DNA from: an uncultured Gammaproteobacteria bacterium
Lineage (GTDB): Bacteria > Patescibacteriota > Patescibacteriia > SG8-24 > DYFX01
Direction of reading: 5' to 3'
Assembly: GCA_964404275.1 (NCBI GenBank)
Contig: CAYOJH010000006.1
Span: 1,525 to 65,524 of the forward strand
Length of the DNA: 64,000 nt
Shown here one piece after another: positions 39,077-48,400 of the stretch; position 1 is the stretch's first letter, and each line of letters begins with the position of its first letter. Under the pieces are notes generated by a model, which was not told the origin of the DNA, searched no databases, and saw only the letters and a list, made by a program, of their open reading frames with translations. The translations under genes were made by a program, and so were the position numbers.

Positions 39077-40891
39077 TCAGGAGGTTTTGCGTCCTGACTT
39101 TTTCCGAAGGCTGTGGAGGAGGAGCGTGGCGGCAAGCAAGCCGGCCGCGACGATGCTCCACGCGGGAACGCCTTCAGCGGGTCCTGCGCCCGTGTTCGGC
39201 AATTTCGGAGCGGCGGCGGCCACGACAACCGTGGCAATCGCGAAGTCGCGCACGGTCATGCCGTTCGCTTCGCCGGTGGCGATGGCGGTATTGGTCGTGG
39301 TCTTCGCCAGCATCGCTTGGCAGGTATAGGTCCACGTTTCGGAAGGATCAAGCTTGTTATCTCCGTTGGTATCGCCGGAGATACGCACCATCGGCGCGCA
39401 GGTGTCGTCGTTGAGCTGGACATTGCTAAGCGCGATCGTGCCGGGGTTGCTGACTTTTTCCGTGTAGGTGATCAGGCCGCCTTTCGCGCCCAAGGCCAGC
39501 GGGCTCGGAAGTTTCGTGACATGGATCAGCGGCGGCACGACAGGCGCGCCGACGACGACCGTTGCGCTGGCAAGATCGGTCGCGCTGATGCCGTTGGCCC
39601 AACCGGTCGCGACGACCGTGTTCGTATGGGTTTGCGTCAAGGTGGTCGTGCAGCTGTAGATCCACGTTTCGTTCACGTCAAGCTTCGCATCATGGTTGAG
39701 ATCGCCGGAGTTCAAGACAATGGGAATGCAGCTGTCGCCGACCATCGTGACGTCCGTGACGGGAACCGTGCCGACGTTACGAAGCGTGTAGGTGTACGTC
39801 ACCGATCCGGGACCGTTCGGCAGGGCCAGCGGACTCGGGACCTTGACGACGTCGATCAGCGGCGGCACGGGCGGAGTGACGACGGGTGCGCCGATGTCGT
39901 TATTCGTGATGATGCAGAAGCGGATATCGCCCGGATTGAGGTTCAAGCGGCCGTCGGCGTCGCAATCGCCAGAAAAAGATTGCGTGTAGCGCGGATCGCT
40001 CGTTTCCGTCACGGCATAGACGCCGGCCGGGGCGGGGAAGTCATACGTGGCGCCGGAAGAGACGGAGATCCCGTTCACGAACAACGGGAAGTCCGCGATG
40101 GTCTTAGTGCCGCCGTTATCATTGATAACTTTTTTGATGACGCCGATCGTACCCGAGTGGCTGCCGCCGGTTGAAACGGGCGTCACGGGAGCTGCGCAGG
40201 TCGGAACCGTGACGGTGTCGGTATTCGTCGTGACCGTGCCGCCAAAAGCCAAGGCTCGCCCTGTCCAGTTGGTGTTGGCGCCCACGGTGATGCCCGAGGC
40301 GTCGATGTCCGTACCGAAGAAGGTCGTATTGGCCGCGAGCGTCGTGGCCTGGGTCGGCGTCCAGAAGACGTCACACGCCGAAGCGCCGCTCAGCGTGACG
40401 ACGGCGCCGGCCGTCGATGTCAGTGCGCCCACGGGCCTGAAAATATAGGTTCCCGTGCCATTCAGCGTCAAAGGACCACCGACATCCATTGCTCCGTTGC
40501 TGCAATAGACGCCAGGCGCATAGACGCCGATCGGACCATGGGTCGTATCCGTGGAAAGATCGATCGCGCCGGCCGCGAACGTGAAGGTGCAGGGCTGGGA
40601 AGCCAACGCCGTGGAGGCATTACCTTGATCGGTACCTGCCGTCGAGTACGGAGCGCCGGACCCATAATTCGCATGCGTGCCCAGGGGGGCAACGGCCGGA
40701 GGCGTTGTGAACCCGACGTCGCCATTGATCGTGGTCGTCGTCGTGTTCGTGTAGGTGCTCGCCAGAACACCGTAGCTTGCCGCCGCTCCCAGCGAAGGCG
40801 ACGTGGCCGCAAGCGCGGCGACGGGACCGAATAGGCTGAATAGTAAAGCCAGAGCTGCTACGCCGCTCCCAACCCTTCGAAAAGTTTTCAT
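39077..40891 (-). CDS. LPXTG-anchored cell-surface repeat protein (Cna-B-like + DUF11-like repeats)
   Basis: Signal peptide; repeat modules as above; C-terminal LPNTG + hydrophobic segment + RKKSGRKTS = canonical sortase sorting signal. Confidence 0.75.
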   Translation of the reverse strand: MKTFRRVGSGVAALALLFSLFGPVAALAATSPSLGAAASYGVLASTYTNTTTTTINGDVGFTTPPAVAPLGTHANYGSGAPYSTAGTDQGNASTALASQPCTFTFAAGAIDLSTDTTHGPIGVYAPGVYCSNGAMDVGGPLTLNGTGTYIFRPVGALTSTAGAVVTLSGASACDVFWTPTQATTLAANTTFFGTDIDASGITVGANTNWTGRALAFGGTVTTNTDTVTVPTCAAPVTPVSTGGSHSGTIGVIKKVINDNGGTKTIADFPLFVNGISVSSGATYDFPAPAGVYAVTETSDPRYTQSFSGDCDADGRLNLNPGDIRFCIITNNDIGAPVVTPPVPPLIDVVKVPSPLALPNGPGSVTYTYTLRNVGTVPVTDVTMVGDSCIPIVLNSGDLNHDAKLDVNETWIYSCTTTLTQTHTNTVVATGWANGISATDLASATVVVGAPVVPPLIHVTKLPSPLALGAKGGLITYTEKVSNPGTIALSNVQLNDDTCAPMVRISGDTNGDNKLDPSETWTYTCQAMLAKTTTNTAIATGEANGMTVRDFAIATVVVAAAAPKLPNTGAGPAEGVPAWSIVAAGLLAATLLLHSLRKKSGRKTS

Positions 40892-41025
40892 GCGCGTCTT
40901 ATATAGACGCCACGACGCATGCGGAACTTAAGTGTTCGGCGACGCCCCATGGCAACTAAGCATTACCCAGTTGTCAAGTAATTGATTTAATCTTAGCACA
41001 TTTTTCAGACCCTGTGTGTGAATAA
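40892..41025 (-). promoter_or_regulatory. conserved ~110-nt upstream leader/promoter element, copy 1 (paralog of 43599..43725)
   Basis: Shares blocks (aaatgtgctaaga/tta, tcaattacttgaca, ggtaatgc, gccgaacacttaagttccgca, agacgcgc-ATG) with region upstream of gene 41517..43598; contains TTGACA. Confidence 0.4.
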
Positions 41026-41040
41026 CTATTCTGTTCAGCT

Positions 41041-41520
41041 CTATTTTAGAGGCTTTGTCTCGCCGATTGCCTCATCGGCCGTATCCGCGTCAGCTTCCGC
41101 CTTCGTGCGATGGATGCGGCCGTCGATATGATTCGGCGGCGCGTAGACCGTATAGAGCTTGAGCGCTTCGGCGCCGGTGTTTTTGAAATTATGTTTCGTG
41201 CCCGCGGTCACGACGACGACATCGCCGGGGCCGATCGGGAACGGCTTGTCATTGAGGTATCCCGTGCCCGTTCCCGAAATGAAGAAGAGCGTCTGTTCAG
41301 TATACGTGTGCGTTTCTTCGCCGACCTCGCCGCCGGGCGGAATGCTCATGACCACCAACTGGCTATTCGGACCGGTGAAGACGACGCGGCGGAAATAGTC
41401 GTTTTCCTGCGCCTGCGCGAGAATGTTGCCGTGATAGCTCATGGGAATGTGGGTGGGAGAGCTCGCGCAGCCCGTGCCGAGAAGCAGGAGGCCGGCGAGA
41501 AGAATAAGAAGGCGTTTCAT
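41041..41520 (-). CDS. cupin domain lipoprotein
   Basis: Lipobox LLGTGCASS; cupin motifs (GEVGEETHTYTEQ...PGDVVVVTAGTKHNFKNTG). Confidence 0.6.
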   Translation of the reverse strand: MKRLLILLAGLLLLGTGCASSPTHIPMSYHGNILAQAQENDYFRRVVFTGPNSQLVVMSIPPGGEVGEETHTYTEQTLFFISGTGTGYLNDKPFPIGPGDVVVVTAGTKHNFKNTGAEALKLYTVYAPPNHIDGRIHRTKAEADADTADEAIGETKPLK

Positions 41521-43598
41521 TGTTTTGCGATCCGCCGGTGAAGAATCAAACCGCTGACAACGATGATGGCGAGGAGCAAAAGGGCCGTGATCAACCCGTC
41601 CAGAGGCGTGGCAAAGAGCTCCAAGATGATCAAGCGGACCTTCTGCGTGAATGGAGTTTTTTTCGAGGCGTCGGCCGAAGTCGTTTCAGACGTTGAGACC
41701 GTTGATGGATGAACGGCATCGGTCCCCGTACTCGGAAGTTTCGATTCCGGCATCAGCTTGGACTTTGTCGCAAGATTGAACACGCCGGTCGCCGGCAAGC
41801 CGACGTCTCTTTGATATCTGATGAGGGCGGCGCGCGTGAGCGTTCCGAAATAGCCTTTCGCGACGCGCAACGGCATGGTCAGGAACCCGTCGCGCTCGAG
41901 CGCGGTCTGGAGCGCCGCGACATCCGCGCCTCGCGCGCCCAGCTTGAGAGACTGATACAGGATCGGGGCAAGGATATCGGCGTTTTCCGGCACGGCGTCG
42001 GTGAAGACCACGCGCCGTTGCGGGTAGGTGCCGTTGACCTGGTTCCAAACCCCTTCGCAGGTAATGAGATTCAGGTGCGCGAGGCCGTCGTTCGACGTAA
42101 AGACGGTCGTGGCATCGGCGTTTCTGTCGAACAGGCTGATGGTTCGAACGACGAAGGCAAGCGTTTCGCCTTTATCGTTGACGACGTAGACGATATCGCC
42201 CGCTTTGAGCTTGTCGAGGTCGTAGAAGACGAACGGCACGCCCTTATTGATGCCGAAGTGTCCGCCGATCACGGCGCTGCCTTCCTGGCCGGGATGCGGG
42301 CCGAGCGCGAACCAGGCGACGTTTTCCGAACCCGCCGGGACGTCCATTCTTCCGTCGGGCGTGATCAGCGCGTCCTCGATCGCGGAATCGACGCCGATCG
42401 TCGGAATCTTGAGGCGGACGGGAAGTCCCTGCGGAATGCCGCCCGGATCGCGGATGCTGGAATAGGCGATTTGATTCGAAAGAGATCCCGTGATCGGAAA
42501 TTTCGCCACGGGAAATTTCCAACCGAAGGCGAGGTCAGATGAAACCTGGGGTTCTGCAATCTGATTGCGTCGGGGCGACAAGAAGAAGTACAATCCGCCG
42601 CCCAAGATGGCGGCGAGCACAATGATAGACAGCACTCTTAAGGAGCGTTTGAAGCTCTTTCGCGCTTTCCCGGTCTTGCGCTTCCGCGTGAGCAGCAACA
42701 GGAGAAGGAGGATCGCCAAGACCAAGGACATGATTCCCCACAGAACGATTTTCGACCCGGCGCCGAGTCCGGTCAGCGGAAATTTCGGGACATCCTGATT
42801 CGAAAAGCCGGGAACGAGGCTCCTGACCATGACGGTCAGAGCGAAGTCGTCCACCGCCCGCAAGCCGTTCGCGAACGCCGTCACGTGCACCGTGTTGGTC
42901 GTCGTCTGCTTCAAGTTCGCCGTGCACGTGTAGATCCAGACCTCGTTCGTGTCCAGGAGGCTGTTGCCGTTCGTGTCTCCTAATTTTCCCGACATCGCGC
43001 TGCACTTGTCATCGACGATGGTGACGTTGCTCAGCGGGACAGCGCCAGGGTTGTTGACTCTGTAGGTGAAGGTGATCGGACCGCCCTCGGCCGGCAGGGA
43101 AAGCGGATAGGCGACTTTGGTGACGTTGATGACGCTGACGAGCGGAGCGGGATTCGCGGAGCCGACGACGACGGTCGTATACGCCTTGTGCGTAGCGGTG
43201 ACGCCGTTGGCGCTGCCGGTGACCGTGGCCGTGCTTTGCGTCGTTGCGGAAAGCGTCGTCGTGCAGGTATAGCGCCAGGTTTCGCCGTACTCGAGTCTGC
43301 CATCCCCGTTATCGTCGCCGTCATGAAAGGCGACGGCGCCACAGGCGTCATCGACGACATGCACGTCCGTCAGCGCGATCTCCTGAAGAAAATTCTTCAC
43401 CGCGTAGTTGTACGTGACCTTGCCGCCCGCTTGAGGCAAGACCAACGGGTCGGGCACCGACGTGATGCCGATCAATGGCACGTATAAGACGCTGCCGCTT
43501 CCTTGCGCGCCGGCCGCAAACGCAGCGATCGGACCGATCAAAAGAGATACGAAAAAAAGAGCCGCAATGGCCCGTGAACCCGTTTTATTTGTATGCAT
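41517..43598 (-). CDS. fusion protein: surface repeat domains + sorting-signal-like TM segment + sortase catalytic domain + C-terminal PG_binding_1 domain
   Basis: ATG at 43598 (MHTNKTG) with signal peptide; two DUF11-like repeats; KFPLTG + hydrophobic + TRKRKTGKARK; second TM; sortase motifs (IGGHFG, LNLITCEG, RRVVFTD); C-terminal LKLGARGADVAALQTALERDGFL...GYFGTLTRAALIRYQRDVGL. Confidence 0.65.
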   Translation of the reverse strand: MHTNKTGSRAIAALFFVSLLIGPIAAFAAGAQGSGSVLYVPLIGITSVPDPLVLPQAGGKVTYNYAVKNFLQEIALTDVHVVDDACGAVAFHDGDDNGDGRLEYGETWRYTCTTTLSATTQSTATVTGSANGVTATHKAYTTVVVGSANPAPLVSVINVTKVAYPLSLPAEGGPITFTYRVNNPGAVPLSNVTIVDDKCSAMSGKLGDTNGNSLLDTNEVWIYTCTANLKQTTTNTVHVTAFANGLRAVDDFALTVMVRSLVPGFSNQDVPKFPLTGLGAGSKIVLWGIMSLVLAILLLLLLLTRKRKTGKARKSFKRSLRVLSIIVLAAILGGGLYFFLSPRRNQIAEPQVSSDLAFGWKFPVAKFPITGSLSNQIAYSSIRDPGGIPQGLPVRLKIPTIGVDSAIEDALITPDGRMDVPAGSENVAWFALGPHPGQEGSAVIGGHFGINKGVPFVFYDLDKLKAGDIVYVVNDKGETLAFVVRTISLFDRNADATTVFTSNDGLAHLNLITCEGVWNQVNGTYPQRRVVFTDAVPENADILAPILYQSLKLGARGADVAALQTALERDGFLTMPLRVAKGYFGTLTRAALIRYQRDVGLPATGVFNLATKSKLMPESKLPSTGTDAVHPSTVSTSETTSADASKKTPFTQKVRLIILELFATPLDGLITALLLLAIIVVSGLILHRRIAKQ

Positions 43599-43725
43599 GC
43601 GCGTCTCATGACGGCCGGCGCGTCGTGCAGAACTTAGACGTTCGGCGGCACGCGGCAGCGAGGCATTACCTTGCTGCCAAGTAATTGACTTAAGATTAGC
43701 ACATTTTATAGGCATCGACAAAAAA
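43599..43725 (-). promoter_or_regulatory. conserved upstream leader/promoter element, copy 2
   Basis: See copy 1; same block order and spacing relative to ATG. Confidence 0.4.
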
Positions 43726-43742
43726 AGACCTTCCATGAAGGA

Positions 43743-43759
43743 AAGTCTCTTTTGGTAGC
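43743..43759. repeat. left direct repeat (att-like) GTCTCTTTTGGTAGCCC
   Basis: Matches 51294..51310 GTCGCTTTTGGTAGCCC (16/17); right copy overlaps tRNA-Glu 3-prime end incl. CCA. Confidence 0.5.
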
Positions 43760-43883
43760 CCGGACCACTGAAATGTGGAACGAAATCATGACGGACCTCA
43801 AGGCGTGGACTGTGTTTGGTAGGGACTTGAGGGCTACTGCCGCAGCAGCTTGATAAGACACTGCCACGGGGGAATGGAAGAGG

Positions 43884-45398
43884 TTACTGCGCCGATGAAA
43901 CAACCTCGTTAAGAACGCGCCAGATTGCGATCATGGCCTCGGTATCTCGACCGCAATACTTTTTAAGGTCGGCAGCGATTTTCGCTTTTACCTCGTCGGT
44001 CTGCCCTTCAAAAATCATCCGGTACCAAGCATCCATTGCCGCGCCACCATCCTGAATTTCCAGCTCTTTGTAAGTTAGCGTGGGTACTAACACGGGTAAT
44101 ACTTTCTTTATCGATGTTCTCCCCCGGAAATCCGGATGTACATGGAACTGCTTCTGAAAAATTTCCATCAAATCATAAATGCGAGCATTGATATCAGACA
44201 AGAATGAATCGTGCTGCGGATTTCTCTCCGCAAGCTGAGAGTTGATCTTCCTTTCAAAGGGCTTATACCACACGATAATGGTACCGCTTTCCCCAATAGT
44301 CCCCTGTAGCTTATCGATGATGGCCTCTGACGGGTCTGTTGCTTCCTCGTGCAAGTACTCGAAATGCTCAAAATCAGCATCCGGGCCACTCAGTCTATCC
44401 AAAGAAAATTGGAATGGTATCTGTTGATATGGCTTATAGCCCTTAAACAGCGGGATCGCTGGCGCGTAACTTTCATAGTCAAGAAAATACAACGGGAAGG
44501 CTAGCGAAGAAAGCTCACGTTCGATGGCATCCTTGTCGATGATTGCCTTTTGAGTCTTGTGGGCAATGGCCTGCATTTTCTGAATATCCGACAAAGAAAA
44601 CTCATCCGGCACATCCTTAATGTCGAAGATTCCGTCTTCAACTAAACTCTCCAACTTTTTCTTACTGATCCTCGATAAGTCATGCACCGAGTATTCAGGT
44701 ACCTGCGGATGGGAGTAGCAAAAAGTTGAGCACTGGGAATTCCTGCCGACATACAGGCATTCACAGGATAGGGCGCTCTCATCAAGTTGGGTCAGCGCCT
44801 CTCTCGCTCGATCCATTCGTGCTTTTACATCCTCCATCCTGTCAGCAACCTTTTCGGTCACATCCTCCATCTCGAAGAGCTCTGAAAGTGAGATTTCGTC
44901 ACCACGAACGTACTCTTTGTTCAGGTGAATGATTTTGATTTGCCCAATTTTTATACCCACTGATTGGAGAATGCGTGCCTGAAAGGATGCGTCATCGATA
45001 TGGTCCCGACCATCCTCCCCTTCGTTCAAAGAATTGGTCCCTTTGACCTCGTATAGATTCCAGCACCCGTGATCCTCATCGAACTCCAAAACGTCGTTAC
45101 GCGCCAAAAAACCGTCGTGAATGAAAGTCGCTTGGAAAAGCGCTTTGGAGCCATGACCCATCAACTCTTCCGTCCTCTTTGCGGCAGCCTCGCCCGACTC
45201 CTCGATTAAAATGCCTTCGGGAAAAAGCTTCCTCGCCCATTGTTCAACAAGGTTTCCTTTTGCCAACAGACCTCGCTCAAATTCTGAGAGGGAGAACATT
45301 GAGCTCAAGTCAGGCTTGTGCACCTTAAGCCACGCGTTCTTTCCGCACGCGCTATATTCGAGAAACAGGGTTTTTGTGAGGTATTTCATTTGATCCAT
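43884..45398 (-). CDS. Cas4/RecB-like PD-(D/E)xK nuclease with Fe-S Cys cluster and C-terminal domain of unknown function (DUF2779-like architecture)
   Basis: Probable start MDQMKYL at 45398; N-terminal Cys (YSACGK), D...EVK nuclease motif (ARNDVLEF...NLYEVKGT), CECLYVGRNSQCSTFC cluster (C-x-C-x9-C-x3-C); ~250-aa C-terminal region unassigned. Confidence 0.65.
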   Translation of the reverse strand: MDQMKYLTKTLFLEYSACGKNAWLKVHKPDLSSMFSLSEFERGLLAKGNLVEQWARKLFPEGILIEESGEAAAKRTEELMGHGSKALFQATFIHDGFLARNDVLEFDEDHGCWNLYEVKGTNSLNEGEDGRDHIDDASFQARILQSVGIKIGQIKIIHLNKEYVRGDEISLSELFEMEDVTEKVADRMEDVKARMDRAREALTQLDESALSCECLYVGRNSQCSTFCYSHPQVPEYSVHDLSRISKKKLESLVEDGIFDIKDVPDEFSLSDIQKMQAIAHKTQKAIIDKDAIERELSSLAFPLYFLDYESYAPAIPLFKGYKPYQQIPFQFSLDRLSGPDADFEHFEYLHEEATDPSEAIIDKLQGTIGESGTIIVWYKPFERKINSQLAERNPQHDSFLSDINARIYDLMEIFQKQFHVHPDFRGRTSIKKVLPVLVPTLTYKELEIQDGGAAMDAWYRMIFEGQTDEVKAKIAADLKKYCGRDTEAMIAIWRVLNEVVSSAQ

Positions 45399-45450
45399 GC
45401 TCGTACGATAGGGTTTTTGTGTATACTTAGTCAAAACACAGGCCCTACCG

Positions 45451-48400
45451 ATGGATAACCCTGCCATTCCGCTAAAAGTGAAACTGCTCTGGAAGGCATC
45501 AAAGCCTGCCGATTTTGATTTGTACAAGGCTGCGCTCGAATGGAGTCTTGTTGATCCGATAATCATTGAAAACCGAGACGACCTTAAGTCCGAGTATCTT
45601 TGGCGCGACAAAATAAAGCCATACCACCATCAAGTCACAAATCTAATCACTTTTTGTCGTCGTCTCCCGGTTACACTTCTCGCAGATGACGTTGGTTTGG
45701 GTAAAACCATCAGCGCTGGCTTGATAGCCAGTGAACTCATGACGCGTGATCGTGTTTCCAAGATTTTGATTGTCTGCCCCAAACTGCTGATGAATCAGTG
45801 GAGCGAGGAATTGGAACAAAAGTTTGGCATTGCGTCGACAACTGCCATTGGTAAGACTCTCATAAAGGCGAAGCCGCCGAAGGATGTCGGGGCGGTAATA
45901 ACAACCTACACATCCGCGAAACTGTATTTAGACGACCTCGAAGACGCGGGTTATCAAATGTTGATTCTTGATGAGGCGCATAAACTTCGCAATCTATACG
46001 GTGTCGATCCGACACCTCAAGTAGCAACTCGTTTTAGAAAAGCTCTGAAGGACAGGCTGTTTAGATACGTCCTGATGCTAACAGCTACGCCAATTCAGAA
46101 TCGCCTTTGGGACTTGTATTCACTTATAGACCTATTGACCGTAGCTCGTGGACACGAGAATCCATTTGGTAGTGAAGGGATTTTTGCGCGTAAGTTTATT
46201 GATGACGATCGAACGCAGGCGCGTCGTCTTAACTTAGGCGCAAAGGATGAATTCCGCTCGATCATTTACCAGTACATGTCGCGTGTTCGGCGCGGTGACG
46301 CGCAGCTATATTTTCCTGAAAGGAAAGTTCTGCTCAAGTCCGTAGCGCCAACCGCAGAGGAAAGCGAGCTGATTGGAATTATTGCGGAACCAATTCAGGA
46401 GTTGAACCGTTTGGGACAAATATCGGTTCTTCAGGCCCTCATCAGCAGCCCTGATGCTTTGGCGGCCCAGCTTAGAACGATGGCACGAAACGAAACCATA
46501 CCAGCGGAGCTTGCGACTCGCGTCCGGGAGGTCGTCAAGAAAATGAAGACGACAGCGAAGATGCAGGGCTTGGGATCATTGGTTGAAAAACTTAGAAAGG
46601 AGCGTCCCGAAGACTGGCGGATGGTAGTCTTCACGACTCGCAGGGAAACCCAAACGACGATTCAGGCCTTCTTGGAAGGGCAGGGCATCGCTTGTGGGGT
46701 TATCAATGGGGATTCCGGGCGACGAAACCAAGAGACGATCAATAATTTTAAATGCTACCCTCCCCAGATTAACGTAATCATTTCTACCGAAGCCGGGTCC
46801 GAGGGCGTTAACTTACAGGCCGCAAACGTCCTTGTTAACTACGATCTTCCGTGGAATCCGATGGTGGTGGAGCAGCGCATTGGCCGTATTCAACGCCTTG
46901 CGTCTGAGCACAAGACCGTCTCCATTTTCAATATCATCCTAAAGGGTACTTTCGAGGAGTATATAGTCGGAAGGTTGATGGAAAAACTTCAGATGGCCTC
47001 CCAAGCCATTGGTGATGTTGAGTCGTTGCTTCAGGCGTCGGGAATGGAAGAGGGGGAGGGAGAAATCACTTCATTTGAGGAGCAAATCCGTCGGCTGGTT
47101 ATCGAGTCATTGGCTGGGAAAGATGTTGAAGAAGCCACCCGGATGGCAGAAAAAAGCATCGAACACGCAGAGGCCGAACTCGATCGCGAGGAGAAAAATA
47201 TTGATTCGATGTTGGGCGGTATGGGTGATGTTGTGGGAGTCGATCCGTATCCTCCGAAATTGACCCCGGTCAATCACTCAATGGGACTTCGTGAGTTCGT
47301 GCTTGGCGCACTAGAAGCTCAGGGCGAAAAAGTAACGGCCCAGCCGAACGGTTTGTACGTCTCAGAATCCCATGGTCAAAAGGAACTGTTTCGTTTTGAT
47401 AATGAAGTTGCTGATCCTGAAACGACCAGTACCTTATATGCCCCCGGAAGTCCGGCATTTGAGCGTCTGGTGAATCGTTGTACCAGCCGCGGTTATCACA
47501 CGGTAAACGATGTCGATATAGAACCGCTAAAAAAGGCGATGGATATCGCGGGCGGTTGGGCTAAAGCATTTGATGGCCGATTTGATTCGGCTGCTCCGTT
47601 GGCGGTGTATAGGAATTTTGAAGGTTCGGCAATCATCAGGGTTCATGCAACGGTGGCTCATGACAGCTATGAGCGTCTCGTGGAGTCTGATTGTGCAATA
47701 AAAATGGATCATGACTTGGGCAAACTCGGTCTAGAGCCTCTCCATGCTTCGATTAGCGACCCGCACAAAGTTGGGTTGGATACGGATTGCCTGATTGATA
47801 AGGCATTCCATGATCCCGACATATCAGAATTTTGCCGTTTCTACGGTGAGCGCTTGGAGCAGGAGCTCAAGGCTGTAGGTGATGATGAGCGCAAAAGAAA
47901 AAAGACCGTCGATGACTTCACTCCCCGCATTGCCGTGGAACTCGTGGGGCTAAATGGCAACATCCATCGCCGAATTAAGTTGAACACCAAATATCGAATT
48001 GATGAGGGGGAGTACGAAAGTTCATTGACTGTCATTCCGAATAGCGAAGAAGTTATTGAGGCACCCGAGATCAAGAAGTGCGAGAAAACTGGGCGGCATG
48101 CCCCAGCCGACTGCTTTGGGATTTGTGAAATTAGCAAATTACAAGTGCTGAGGCACCTATTGGTTGCCTCAGACATTTCAGACAGGCAGGCTCTTCCAGA
48201 GCACGTGATTAAGTGCTCATACTCGGGCAAAAAGGTGCTGATCGATGAGGCAGCAAAATCGGACATCTCTGGACATTTTGTGACTGCATCATTGCTGCTT
48301 ACGTCAGCGATTAGCGGAAAGAAGGGGGAGCCAACATACTTTGGTCAATGTGAGTTCACCTCGGTGACAGCCCTCAAGGACGAGCTTTTAACGAGTGAAG

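Noticed and set aside
43741-43883. Possible small gene or ncRNA in the 140-bp non-coding arm at the island left end
   Set aside because: No ORF with start/RBS and no convincing conserved structure; treated as att-adjacent spacer.
45399-45450. Alternative that helicase and nuclease are not co-regulated because of the very short divergent spacer (52 bp)
   Set aside because: Short divergent spacers are common in compact islands. Start-codon choices are uncertain, so no conclusion drawn.
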